Below are positions 10,160-19,977 of a DNA stretch of 64,000 nucleotides, piece by piece. The stretch is from Candidatus Dojkabacteria bacterium (GTDB taxonomy: Bacteria > Patescibacteriota > Dojkabacteria > GCA-002793355), in the NCBI GenBank assembly GCA_030583825.1, contig CP129477.1, positions 446,308 to 510,307 of the forward strand, in the 5' to 3' direction. Made by a program: the position numbers and the translations under genes. The notes beneath the pieces were generated by a model. It saw only the letters and a list, made by a program, of their open reading frames with translations. It had not been told where the DNA came from and did no database searches. Positions within the stretch are counted from its first letter, which is position 1; the number at the start of each line of letters is the position of its first letter.

Positions 10160-10804
10160 TTAGCGACAAGTATTTACAGTCTTAAAATCCGTTCCTGCAA
10201 ACAGAATACCGAGTGAGTTGTCCGCAGCGTTTCGGGCGTTTGTCATAAGTTCATCCTGTGAAGAGACATTCTTAGTTGCTTCTTCTTTAAGCTTGTTAAG
10301 GGCCAGGTTATAGTCGCGAGTTGAGTTTGAATCCAGAATTCTCTTCAAAATACCGCTTTTTGTTTCTGCCTCAATGTCACCTTCTACCTCAACGCTCGTA
10401 ATTTCTGCATTTGGGTAACGGAAACACACAGTCTTTTCTAAAGAGTTTACGATAATATCGTCTTCACGAAGTTTCGCTAGATCAACGCCGACATCTACTT
10501 TTACGTTTGCACGGGCACTTACTTCATGTCCCCACCAGAAATTTGACCATTCTGAACCTTGATCTGCAGCCATTGTTGCTTTTTGATCCACAATAACCGA
10601 CTGTGTCACAAGCATGCCTTTAGCAGAAACCTTTTCCAATACAGTTCGAGAGGTAATAATTTCTTTTTCTTGCGTTTTTGGCGCAAAAAAGAACCATCCA
10701 ACGAGGAGCCCAACAACAACTCCCACTAATAAAAATACAACATTAACCCAACTAAAAATTTGCATAATCATTTTCATACAAGATTGTACCACAGTTTTGG
10801 GCAT
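10160..10804 (-). CDS. hypothetical N-terminally anchored membrane protein (DUF4230-like size/architecture)
   Basis: 214 aa, single N-terminal TM then soluble domain; family assignment is an impression only. Confidence 0.4.
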   Translation of the reverse strand: MPKTVVQSCMKMIMQIFSWVNVVFLLVGVVVGLLVGWFFFAPKTQEKEIITSRTVLEKVSAKGMLVTQSVIVDQKATMAADQGSEWSNFWWGHEVSARANVKVDVGVDLAKLREDDIIVNSLEKTVCFRYPNAEITSVEVEGDIEAETKSGILKRILDSNSTRDYNLALNKLKEEATKNVSSQDELMTNARNAADNSLGILFAGTDFKTVNTCR

Positions 10805-10932
10805 GTGTACCTAAAATTTTCGATCATAATTCCAATGCTATACTGATGGGGGCGTTTCCTTTACAATAGAGTAGAAATCTTACAAATTTCTGACGCGCAA
10901 GTATCCGAATCTAAATTATAAGAGAGTAGGGT

Positions 10933-11484
10933 ATGTCGAGTAGAGGAGTAGAGAAGTTCTTTGAATCAGCAATCATAAACCTGATTTTTATGCCAATTTT
11001 TATCGTGTTACAATTCATTTTTGTATACATCGTCGTATTTTTCGGTATAAACCTCGCGGCAGCAGCCGTCTTTGAGGTCATTTTCATACTTATTAAAAGA
11101 AAGTTTGAGTTTAAGCTAAGTAGAGTATTGGTCACTGCGTTTGGATTGAACCTTGCACAAATTGTTGCAATTATTGCGGTCATTCTTTGGGATCTCTTCG
11201 CAAAGCAACAATCCTACCTTGTATCTATTGCCCGAAACTTCGAATTATTTACATCGAAAGCATTCATTGAGCAGTTTCTGAATTCAAATATAAATCTTAC
11301 GGAAGAGCAGGGTATGCACGTTACTAGGTTACTTGTACAAGCAGGAATTGGTATATTTATCGGTTTCCTGTTTTATGCAAAGATGAGATTGAAAAAGGCC
11401 TCGACAGCGAGTATTTCTGCGCCAGAAAAAGTTGTTGAAACGAAGAAAACTTCCAAAACGAAGGTCAAAAGCAAAAGGCGCTAA
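10933..11484 (+). CDS. hypothetical polytopic membrane protein
   Basis: 183 aa, 4-5 hydrophobic helices, Lys-rich C-tail. Confidence 0.4.
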   Translation: MSSRGVEKFFESAIINLIFMPIFIVLQFIFVYIVVFFGINLAAAAVFEVIFILIKRKFEFKLSRVLVTAFGLNLAQIVAIIAVILWDLFAKQQSYLVSIARNFELFTSKAFIEQFLNSNINLTEEQGMHVTRLLVQAGIGIFIGFLFYAKMRLKKASTASISAPEKVVETKKTSKTKVKSKRR

Positions 11485-11566
11485 TTCTCAGTACTGTCGG
11501 TATTTCTATTGTTTTTATAGTTATCTTATAGTATAATACGATTAGGTTTCTTAGTCTCAGAAAGGA

Positions 11567-11875
11567 TTGAACATCGTGATGTACCTTTATTTATTTGTTG
11601 GCGGTGAGCAGAACGCAAGAGGCTGTGTAGAATTTCATGAAATGAAACGCGCTGATTTCGCACATGCGATGACGAAAGTATTGCATGGTAATGATGACGC
11701 GAAAGAATTCGCAGTTGTCATCACAGATGAAGAGCAAGTTTTCATTCACGAAACCGCAGTGCAGGAACGCTGGAGAATTGAAACATATCCGGGGAATAGC
11801 CTCTTCGAGTCCTACTCCAGATTCTTTGATTTCATCCAGATTTGTCTGCGCCTTCGCTCTGACCCCAGCAATTGA
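11567..11875 (+). CDS. hypothetical small protein
   Basis: 102-aa ORF in otherwise unassigned gap; no motif recognised. Confidence 0.25.
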   Translation: MNIVMYLYLFVGGEQNARGCVEFHEMKRADFAHAMTKVLHGNDDAKEFAVVITDEEQVFIHETAVQERWRIETYPGNSLFESYSRFFDFIQICLRLRSDPSN

Positions 11876-12004
11876 GACCTAACCCCAAAACATGACTCGA
11901 GCCCACCATAGCAAACAACAAAGTAAACGCTCGAGTCATACCCCTCTTTTATACAGCCTTCATCTTGACTTTCGACCTCCAAAACCAGTATAGTTCAAAG
12001 TAAG

Positions 12005-12289
12005 TTGAACGAACCAATATTCAAAACACAACAGAGGCTTGAGACATTACTTAGTCCCGTAAAGCTACGTATTTTGCATTTTTTATACACACATCCCGAC
12101 GAAATTTGCGCATCAGACATTTGTAAAATGCATAACATGCCTAAAAATTTGCTCTCATACCACATAAAAGGTCTATTAAAAAATGGCTTTGTTTCCGAAA
12201 CAAAAAACGGAAAGTTCCGTCACTACGAAATTGCTAAAAAGGAATTTGATCGGGTAGAGCAACTTCTTCAATTATTTGAATATGTTTAA
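12005..12289 (+). CDS. ArsR/SmtB-family winged-HTH transcriptional regulator
   Basis: 94 aa (TTG start); LSPVKLRILHFL...EICASDICKMHNMPKNLLSYHIKGLLKNGFVSETKNGKFRHYEI has the ArsR HTH layout. Immediately upstream of trxB. Confidence 0.65.
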   Translation: MNEPIFKTQQRLETLLSPVKLRILHFLYTHPDEICASDICKMHNMPKNLLSYHIKGLLKNGFVSETKNGKFRHYEIAKKEFDRVEQLLQLFEYV

Positions 12290-12309
12290 TTAACATCACT
12301 GTTTCACTC

Positions 12310-13248
12310 ATGGATAACTCCAATAATAATTCACAATTGTACGACTTGATCATTGTTGGATCAGGATTTGCAGGCTACACAGCAGGTATTTATGCATCAC
12401 GGTATAAAATGAAAAACCTCCTGTTTGGGGAAGTATTTGGCGGCCAGACATCAGAAGCACACATTATTGGTAATTATCCAGGATTCGAAGAAATTAAAGG
12501 GCCAGAGCTTATGAACCGAGTGAGAGAGCAAGCAAAAAAGCTCGGAACAGAAGAAATTCTTGAAAGAGTAGTCAGTCTTTCTCGAGCAGAAGACAATTCT
12601 TATGTTACGGTTACTACAAAAAGTGGCAAAACCTATGACGCAAAATATGTACTTCTCACAATTGGAATGAAGCGACGTAAGCTTAATGTTCCAGGAGAAC
12701 TTGAGCTTGCAGGCAAAGGTATCACATACTGCGCAACATGCGATGGATTCTTTTTCCGCAACAAAAAGGTCGTTGTCGTAGGAGGAGGAGATGCAGCAAC
12801 AACTGCAGCGCTCTTTTTGAGCAATATCGCATCTGAAGTCATTATGCTCGTTCGTGGAAGCCGTCTCAAAGGTGAGCAAATCTGGGTTGACCAGGTACTT
12901 TCACACGAAAAAATTAAGGTGCACTTTAATACGAAAGTTGAATCGTTTGTTGGAGATATCAAGCTTGAAAAAGTTATTACTTCCGGCGATGTATCAGAAG
13001 TCACAGCGGATGGGGTATTTATTGAAATTGGTGCAGAACCTGACGCACAATTTATTTCTGCATTAGGCTTGGAAGCCGATGAGCGTGGCCATATCAATGT
13101 TGATGTAACTCAAGCGACATCACAGGAAAGAATTTATGCTGCGGGAGATGTCACAAGCAACTCAAATCACTTTGAGCAATTACTTACAGCGGGATCGGAA
13201 GCATCTATCGCGGTGAACGCGATTTTCGAGAAAATCCAGACTTCTTAG
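12310..13248 (+). CDS. trxB: thioredoxin-disulfide reductase
   Basis: FAD GxGxxG (IVGSGFAGYTAG), redox-active CATC (YCATCDG), NADPH GGGDAA, C-terminal YAAGDV. Confidence 0.9.
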   Translation: MDNSNNNSQLYDLIIVGSGFAGYTAGIYASRYKMKNLLFGEVFGGQTSEAHIIGNYPGFEEIKGPELMNRVREQAKKLGTEEILERVVSLSRAEDNSYVTVTTKSGKTYDAKYVLLTIGMKRRKLNVPGELELAGKGITYCATCDGFFFRNKKVVVVGGGDAATTAALFLSNIASEVIMLVRGSRLKGEQIWVDQVLSHEKIKVHFNTKVESFVGDIKLEKVITSGDVSEVTADGVFIEIGAEPDAQFISALGLEADERGHINVDVTQATSQERIYAAGDVTSNSNHFEQLLTAGSEASIAVNAIFEKIQTS

Positions 13249-14170
13249 GCCTAAACTTGCCTGAAAAAGATCTCTTTGCAGAGTCTCTTGTTTTTTCTTG
13301 AGGACGATACGTTGTTCGATGACGTTTTTGCAGCGTATCCTGGCGAGACTTTAATACCATCGAGGCTCCTTTAATTTTCTGAGCGGATGCAGGATTCTTC
13401 TCTAGCAGGCGAAATATTGCTTCCCATAGCTCAAATGGCAACTCTCGAATTGTCGCATTCAACGGCACTTTCAAGAGAGAAAGTTCTCGATTAACCAGCG
13501 CTTTTGGCAAAAATGCGTAAAATCCTTCTGCTGCGGTTTTCCACCACCCTCCAAACATAAATGCAAGCAAGTTATCAACTATTCGAGCTTCTTGAATAGA
13601 TAATTGCCACTTTCGAGAAAACTCAACAACAACGACATTTACTCTCGGCTGTGGAATAAAGTCCTCACGCTTACAGCGATGCAAAATATCAGCATTCCAC
13701 TCAAACTTTACTCGAAGCGACTGCATGCTTTCTTTATCGTGTGGCTGACCCAAAAACCGATACGCAGCATCTCTTTGCATGAATAATACGGCACTCTGCA
13801 CATTCGAAGATCCAAATAATACCTTTTTTACAATATCAGCAGTATACGCAAATGGAATATTTCCAATCATCGAGTACTTTTCGTATAGGGGGATTTTCAT
13901 GAATCGCACGTCTCCTTTTACGACATTTACCCGACCTTGAAACTCTTTTTCAAGCATCTCAAAAAGCTGTTTATCAGGCTCAATTGCAACTATCTTTTCA
14001 AACTCTGGTAATAATGTGCGTGTTATCATTCCTTTTCCTGCACCGATATCCACGATAGGAAATTTTCTTGGCAATGATGATTTTTTAAGAATCTTCTCAA
14101 TAAGTTGTGGAGAGCGAATAAAGTTCTGCGATAGCGACAATGGCGTGTGGTATTGTTTTGGCGAATGCAT
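13205..14170 (-). CDS. Erm-type rRNA adenine N6-methyltransferase with Arg/Lys-rich C-terminal extension
   Basis: SQNFIRSPQLIEKI...VDIGAGKGMITRTL...AIEPDKQL...YSMIGNIPFAYTADIVKKVLF...REDFIPQPRVNVVVVEFSRK parallels ErmC block by block (SQNFITS / IGSGKG / AIEID / GNIPYNISTDIIRKIVF). About 75-aa basic tail whose last 44 nt overlap the trxB 3' end. Confidence 0.7.
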   Translation of the reverse strand: MHSPKQYHTPLSLSQNFIRSPQLIEKILKKSSLPRKFPIVDIGAGKGMITRTLLPEFEKIVAIEPDKQLFEMLEKEFQGRVNVVKGDVRFMKIPLYEKYSMIGNIPFAYTADIVKKVLFGSSNVQSAVLFMQRDAAYRFLGQPHDKESMQSLRVKFEWNADILHRCKREDFIPQPRVNVVVVEFSRKWQLSIQEARIVDNLLAFMFGGWWKTAAEGFYAFLPKALVNRELSLLKVPLNATIRELPFELWEAIFRLLEKNPASAQKIKGASMVLKSRQDTLQKRHRTTYRPQEKTRDSAKRSFSGKFRPKKSGFSRKSRSPR

Positions 14171-15612
14171 TATGTCAATACGCCAACAAGGTTAATTCCA
14201 AATAATACGAGGTAGCAACAAATGGCAAAGACTAATATTGTTTTTATGAGTATCCCCGGACGATACGCCTGCGGAATATGTTTAGTATTTGTAATGAGAA
14301 GTAAGATCGCCAGAATTGCCATTGCAAATGCATTAATTACTGCACCAACGATGATTAGCCAGAGAGGCTCAGAAAATCCAATGAGAAAGAGAATAATGCC
14401 AAAACTCATTTGTACAAGCACTGCTTTTGTATAGACATCTCCCAGTGGAACATGACGGAACTTACGAGAAATCCTTGCTGCAAGCGCTGTAAATCTTCCC
14501 ATAATATCAAGCGCTCCAAGTTGTACCGACATTAATGCAAATGCACCGATAATAACAAAGAGAACTCCAAAAATTGCTCCAGTACTGGCCGTGATAACCT
14601 GCGACTCAAAAATAATGAACTCAAAAGATTCCGGAATATCTGCCATTCCTTGTAACAATACGCGAGAGAGATAAGAAAGAATAAAGATCATCAAAAAGCC
14701 AAGAAGCCAGAAGACAATCGCGCTTTCCCGCAATTGAAAACCACGGGCTTTTTTAAAGTTAGCAATACTCTCTGGGTCATCGCTAATAACAATATTCTCT
14801 TTAATAGAGTCAACATGTTTTGGTGCTGGAGTATGCAATGACAACTTTTCTGCATACTTTGCGTTACCCGTTTCTTCTTCAATGACATAAAAACTCTGAC
14901 CAAGCAAAAAGTTTCCTCCAGTCCCTGCATATGCAAATGCTCCTAAGAAAACAGCAAAATCAAGCCCTTGTGGGAGTCCAAAATATCCATTTCCAATACC
15001 AACAAGACCTCTTGCAGCTTCTGCGATGCTATCAAGAGAAAAATACCTAATAAAAAGAAAGACGAGAAGCACAAAGCTAAATGGAACAACTATTTTCTGA
15101 ATTAACTCCACTTTCGAGTAGACATTTTTGCCTGCCAACAACAGAACCGCACAAAAAACAAGGATTCCAATAGCAACAAAACGTGAATATTCCGCAGGAA
15201 TACCAAAAAGATGAGAGAGTAATGCTGCAGCTGTTGCAGCAAATCCTGGCCAGCCAAATCCAATGAGTGTCGAGAAAATAAGCCAAAACGGTAAATACTT
15301 ATGGATACGGGCAAATCCATGCACAATGCTTTCCCCTTTCACCATTGTGTAGCGAGCAATCTCTGAAATAAGAACAAACTGTAATGTAATACCAAGAAGA
15401 GCTCCCCACAAGATTCCAAATCCATATTGAGAAGTCATGTACGGCCAAAGGACATACTCACCACTACCAATACCAAGTCCCAGTGTCACAAGGCTTGGGC
15501 CGATTGTTTGCCAAAAGCTTTTTGTAAAAGGTGGAAACTTCCTTACTTCTGCTGTCATATTGAATAAGAGTAGCATATTTTTCACAGTTTTGAAGAACCT
15601 TCTTTGTTCCAC
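14170..15612 (-). CDS. NRAMP-related divalent-cation transporter-like membrane protein
   Basis: 480 aa, ~11 TMs. N-terminal GPSLVTLGLGIGSGEYVLWPYMTSQYGFGILWGALLGITLQ resembles the MntH GP..a.iDPGN...G..FGY.LLW block but lacks DPGN. Confidence 0.45.
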   Translation of the reverse strand: MEQRRFFKTVKNMLLLFNMTAEVRKFPPFTKSFWQTIGPSLVTLGLGIGSGEYVLWPYMTSQYGFGILWGALLGITLQFVLISEIARYTMVKGESIVHGFARIHKYLPFWLIFSTLIGFGWPGFAATAAALLSHLFGIPAEYSRFVAIGILVFCAVLLLAGKNVYSKVELIQKIVVPFSFVLLVFLFIRYFSLDSIAEAARGLVGIGNGYFGLPQGLDFAVFLGAFAYAGTGGNFLLGQSFYVIEEETGNAKYAEKLSLHTPAPKHVDSIKENIVISDDPESIANFKKARGFQLRESAIVFWLLGFLMIFILSYLSRVLLQGMADIPESFEFIIFESQVITASTGAIFGVLFVIIGAFALMSVQLGALDIMGRFTALAARISRKFRHVPLGDVYTKAVLVQMSFGIILFLIGFSEPLWLIIVGAVINAFAMAILAILLLITNTKHIPQAYRPGILIKTILVFAICCYLVLFGINLVGVLT

Positions 15613-15813
15613 TTTGTTTCCACGGATTTAATTGATTTGTGGATAAATAGATATAGAGCAAAACGTTTCATTGTTGTTCCACGTTTTCTATAAATATGTT
15701 GATAACTCGCCCTAACATTCTACACGCTTGTTTCACTTGGGACTTTATTAGTAAAAAAAATACTACAAATAAAAAGGCGCTTAAATGCCAATTGTCTTAG
15801 TAGAAGAGAGAAT

Positions 15814-17154
15814 TTACGCTGTGAGAAGCGTTTTCAGAGCAAAAAGAAGGTCTTTTGGAACTCGCTTAGCATACGTTTTATTTGTAAATGCTCGGTATAG
15901 CCATACCAAACGCATTCTTTCTACAATTTTAGGCTCTTTTTTCTGATATCCGGAAATAAGGTCAAATGTACGTCCAAGACCAAATCCAAGACCGAATTGC
16001 ACACCTTCTTTTTTAAGACGATGAATAAACTTTTCCTGAGTTGGAGCAGCGAGACATGCAAAAATAAGATCAGGATTCTTCTTGGCAATATCCGCTTTTA
16101 CCGCAGAGTACACTTCGTCATTTTTCATAAATCCCACAGGTGGAGAGCTTATTCCAACAATGTTTTGGGCCATATGTGGATATGCACTCACAAAATGATC
16201 TCTCACTTTCTGCGCTGTTTGACCAAATCCACCAACAAAATAAATCGTAAAAGGCAACGAATCCTGGCCAATTTTGTTCATAAGCGAGACAAATACATCT
16301 ACACCGCTGACTTGCTCGATCGTTTGGTATCCAAGCGATTGTTTTGCGTATTTCACAAGAGGAGGATAGCCGTCTGCTGTCTGCAAAAATGCCTGTGCGT
16401 AGACTTCCTGAAACTCTTTATCGTCTTCTTCGATAAGCATGCGAAAATGATCCAAATTTGGAGTTACAACTGCCATTGGTTGAATAGTTTTACCCGATCG
16501 TTGCTCCTGAAATCGCTTTTCCAGTCGGCTAATGATCATTTGTATTGCTTCGGCTCGTGTTCCCGGAAAAACATTAACATATTTCTGCCGAAATAATGGA
16601 TACTTATGCTTCCAGGAGAACATAAAACTTTCTTCTATCTCCTTCCATTCTTTTATAAATTGCTGTGCTGAGTCGTTTTCAACAAGAATTTCCGGCATTG
16701 CCGAGGTCAATCGCAATCTTCCCGTTCCATTTGTGGAAGTTTTGTATCCTTCTACAATATCGAAGATCTCGCTGTTTTTATCGTGCTTAAATGTAATAAG
16801 TGGCCGGCCAAGCGTGCTAACAAATGATTGCTCTGTATCAGAATGAGGAAGGCGAATCGTAACCGTATCTTGGAATAAATCTTGAGTAAAGTACTGTACG
16901 CTTTTTGCAAGAATAACGACTTCAAGAGGAGAAATCCACATATGTGAAAGGACTGCCTGCTGTTTTTTTGTAATTGTTCCAAATCTAAAAATATCACCCA
17001 CAGAAGGGAGCATTACAGCAATGTCAGACTGTTGTTTTACAAATTCATTTACTGCTTGTGATTGGAGTGCTTCAGGAAAAATTCCCAAAAAGGATTCCCC
17101 CGCACGCTCGATAAGAAATGCGGTAGGAGACTGATCAGCTGCTGTTACTTTCAT
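15814..17154 (-). CDS. WecB/TagA/CpsF-family glycosyltransferase domain fused to an unknown ~210-aa N-terminal domain
   Basis: C-terminal half (YFVGGFGQTAQKVRDHF...NPDLIFACLAAPTQEKFI...GLGFGLGRTFDLISGYQKKEPKIVERMRLVWLYRAF) matches the WecG/TagA core; N-terminal domain unassigned. Confidence 0.55.
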   Translation of the reverse strand: MKVTAADQSPTAFLIERAGESFLGIFPEALQSQAVNEFVKQQSDIAVMLPSVGDIFRFGTITKKQQAVLSHMWISPLEVVILAKSVQYFTQDLFQDTVTIRLPHSDTEQSFVSTLGRPLITFKHDKNSEIFDIVEGYKTSTNGTGRLRLTSAMPEILVENDSAQQFIKEWKEIEESFMFSWKHKYPLFRQKYVNVFPGTRAEAIQMIISRLEKRFQEQRSGKTIQPMAVVTPNLDHFRMLIEEDDKEFQEVYAQAFLQTADGYPPLVKYAKQSLGYQTIEQVSGVDVFVSLMNKIGQDSLPFTIYFVGGFGQTAQKVRDHFVSAYPHMAQNIVGISSPPVGFMKNDEVYSAVKADIAKKNPDLIFACLAAPTQEKFIHRLKKEGVQFGLGFGLGRTFDLISGYQKKEPKIVERMRLVWLYRAFTNKTYAKRVPKDLLFALKTLLTA

Positions 17155-17165
17155 GCTTGATTATA

Positions 17166-19007
17166 CTATCTTTGCTCAAGTTTCCGTAGTCTCGAGTAAT
17201 ATTTCTGTAATTCTTTGCCAAGGATGTCCGTTTCCTCAGCATTTTCATCTTCGTCTATCGCTCCCAGTTTATCGCGAAGTTCCTGAATCCTTAGTGTGAT
17301 CACTCCTTTTTTCAGCCTGCTTGTGGCATTTTGAAAATCTTTCACAACTTCGTCCGTAATTTCAAGGCTCATTGTTGCCTCAAGAGTACCGAGTTTTTGG
17401 ATAGTTGCTGCAATTTCAGTATCTTCTTGTATATTCTGTATATAGGCAGAATATGTATTTCCAATTGCTGTGTAAAATTCTGTTGCAATGCTATTCCAGT
17501 TTTTCTGCGTTCCATCGGGAAGAGTCGAAGATTTTAAAAAATCTTTATACGCAAGTGCAAACGAATACAGGGACAGATATAACTTTTTTTGAACATCTGA
17601 CAGGAAGTATTTTTCACCTCCTGGTTTTTTAGTGATAAATAACGCAAATAAGGGAAATTGCAGCATCAAACTTAATAAATATTCTGCTGTTGTCACTGCA
17701 CCTTGTCTCTGCTGAATTCCTTGCTGCAACTGCTCTGGCACTGTCCTTCGCTGCACAGAAGAGAGGAGTACTGACTCTTCAATATGAAGTCTTTGCGAAA
17801 ATTCTTTAATCAGCAGAGCTTTTTTCAGATCCGGCGCATGAGAGATGACTTCCAACAACTGTTGTAATTTCTTTTCAAAAAGAGAAAAATCCTTTTTCAT
17901 AACGGTTTCTAGTCCTTTGAGTGCTTCGTCGAAGAACTCCTTGGGTTTTTCAGCAGTTTGCTGCCAAAGTTCAGGGTTTTCCTTTACCAACTCATCAATA
18001 TCCTTAAATTGCGATGGAATAGAGAGAATATACGGTGTCATACCGATTGAAAGTGCCATTTCCACGCCACGGAGTAAAGACTTTTTGCCTGCAGTATCGT
18101 TATCAAATGCAAAGGCAATATTTGGAGTGATTCTTTTAACCAAAAGTAATTGAGTATCAGTTAGTCCCGTTCCCAATGGTGCAATAATGTTTTCTACACC
18201 TGCCTGTGCCGAGCTAATCACGTCGAGTTGACCTTCACACATAATTGCCATATCTTTTTGGCCAATTTGCTGCTTTGCCTGCGAAAATCCAAATAAAATA
18301 AGGCGTTTTTTAAATATTAGTGTCTCCGGAGAGTTCAAATACTTCGGCCGTTCATCTTCCGCGCGAATGACTCGACCGCTAAACCCAACCACTCTGCCTG
18401 AATTATCACTAATTCCGAACATAAGTCTATCTGTAAACTTGTCACGCTGTTTTTCGTTGAGTAATCCTGCTGCATACATTTCTTTTTGAGAATATCCTCG
18501 CTTTGTAAGAAACTGAATAAGGTCGTTTCCAGATCGTGGAGCGTACCCAATATGAAATTTTTCAATACTTTCTGCAGTAAGTCCTCTTTTTTCGAGTGCA
18601 TATTTCTTTGCATATTCCCCAACTTTGTGAGACATCAGCAAATGCTGAAAAAATTTATCTACAAGCTCATGCATTTTTCGCTGCTTCTGAATCTCTTTTG
18701 TTTGTGCGTCGTCACGTGACCGAGAAAGCGTTACTCCCGCTTGTTGTGCAAGTTTTTCTAATGCTTCCGGAAACTCAATATGCTCATATTCCTGCACAAA
18801 AGTAAAAATATCGCCGGTCTTTCCACAGCCAAAACACTTATAAATACCTAGTTGAGGATTTACATGAAAAGATGGAGTTCTTTCATTGTGAAACGGACAA
18901 TTTCCCATCCACGTTTTGCCCGCACGACGGAGCTCTACGTACTGAGAAACAACTGTGACTATGTCCAATCGTGATTTTATTTCGATAATATCGTCTTTTC
19001 CTGCCAT
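17166..19007 (-). CDS. dnaG: DNA primase
   Basis: CHC2 zinc finger (CPFHNERTPSFHVNPQLGIYKCFGCG), TOPRIM (MCEGQLDVIS...DND), 613 aa. Confidence 0.9.
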   Translation of the reverse strand: MAGKDDIIEIKSRLDIVTVVSQYVELRRAGKTWMGNCPFHNERTPSFHVNPQLGIYKCFGCGKTGDIFTFVQEYEHIEFPEALEKLAQQAGVTLSRSRDDAQTKEIQKQRKMHELVDKFFQHLLMSHKVGEYAKKYALEKRGLTAESIEKFHIGYAPRSGNDLIQFLTKRGYSQKEMYAAGLLNEKQRDKFTDRLMFGISDNSGRVVGFSGRVIRAEDERPKYLNSPETLIFKKRLILFGFSQAKQQIGQKDMAIMCEGQLDVISSAQAGVENIIAPLGTGLTDTQLLLVKRITPNIAFAFDNDTAGKKSLLRGVEMALSIGMTPYILSIPSQFKDIDELVKENPELWQQTAEKPKEFFDEALKGLETVMKKDFSLFEKKLQQLLEVISHAPDLKKALLIKEFSQRLHIEESVLLSSVQRRTVPEQLQQGIQQRQGAVTTAEYLLSLMLQFPLFALFITKKPGGEKYFLSDVQKKLYLSLYSFALAYKDFLKSSTLPDGTQKNWNSIATEFYTAIGNTYSAYIQNIQEDTEIAATIQKLGTLEATMSLEITDEVVKDFQNATSRLKKGVITLRIQELRDKLGAIDEDENAEETDILGKELQKYYSRLRKLEQR

Positions 19008-19009
19008 AT

Positions 19010-19561
19010 TTATGGTGAGATACTGCTATAGATAAGAAGGGCAGTACCATCAATCTCCAGCCTGTCGAAGTTTCGGCTGACATTTGCATTAGTTTGGAAG
19101 TATTCATCAAAAGCCTGTTTTAAAGCAATGTTTGTTTGTAACTCAAAGAGTCCTGGAATAGTAATGTTGTTCCAATGAACACGCGAGATTCGAATATATG
19201 GCTCATTTTCATTTGGCACAATGTCTGCTTGCACCCATACGTACGGATTTCTTTCAATAAAAAGCTGCATCTTGTTATTTTCCATTTTGACGCAAGAATG
19301 GAGTCCATCTTGCTCAAGAATATTATTGAGAATTGACTGAACCTCTCCCGCTTCAAGACGAAGCACTAAGTATGGCTCAGCGCTGGTATTTGCGACTTCT
19401 ACGCGGTCTTGTAGAGAAACAATGTCAATATCGGTACTTTCGATTGTACAGTTTTCCTGACGTCCGACTTCATACGAGATTCTTACAATAACGAAAAGGC
19501 CGGCAAGTAATACTACGAAGAAAATACCGATTGTGATGAAAATTTTACCAAGTCTTTGCAT
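19010..19561 (-). CDS. hypothetical N-terminally anchored protein
   Basis: 183 aa, one TM (IFITIGIFFVVLLAGLFVIV); 3-nt gap to dnaG suggests co-transcription. Confidence 0.4.
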   Translation of the reverse strand: MQRLGKIFITIGIFFVVLLAGLFVIVRISYEVGRQENCTIESTDIDIVSLQDRVEVANTSAEPYLVLRLEAGEVQSILNNILEQDGLHSCVKMENNKMQLFIERNPYVWVQADIVPNENEPYIRISRVHWNNITIPGLFELQTNIALKQAFDEYFQTNANVSRNFDRLEIDGTALLIYSSISP

Positions 19562-19575
19562 GCTTCCACATTATA

Positions 19576-19950
19576 TCATTCTCCCGTGGCTTTTCCCAAA
19601 GCGTAAAGGCCAATAAGTACGCACATCTTTCTTTTGCTATCTGCGGCAACTCCCGTGAGGTTAAGGACATCTTCTTCAGGAATATCTAGTTCCGAGATCT
19701 CTTTGCCCAGGATTTTTTCCGAGAGAAGCGACATAGAAGCAATACACAGTGAGCATCCGCTTCCTTCGAAACCGATCTCTTTCACTTTTTCCTGCGAAAT
19801 ATGTAAATATACAGTAATTTCGTCGCCACATGAGGGGTTAGAGAAGTGACCCTTGTGAGTGTACTTAGAAAGCTTTCCAAAATGGCGAGGATTCATGTAA
19901 TGGTCAACAATGCGCTCGTTATTAAAGACTGGATTTCCCGACATGTGCAA
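19576..19950 (-). CDS. IscU/SufU-like Fe-S cluster assembly scaffold
   Basis: NPSCGDEITVYL...GSGCSLCIASMSLLSE has the three scaffold cysteines in the NifU-N/SufU pattern. Confidence 0.7.
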   Translation of the reverse strand: MHMSGNPVFNNERIVDHYMNPRHFGKLSKYTHKGHFSNPSCGDEITVYLHISQEKVKEIGFEGSGCSLCIASMSLLSEKILGKEISELDIPEEDVLNLTGVAADSKRKMCVLIGLYALGKATGE

Positions 19951-19977
19951 TTATACTACGGTATGCTATCATAATGT

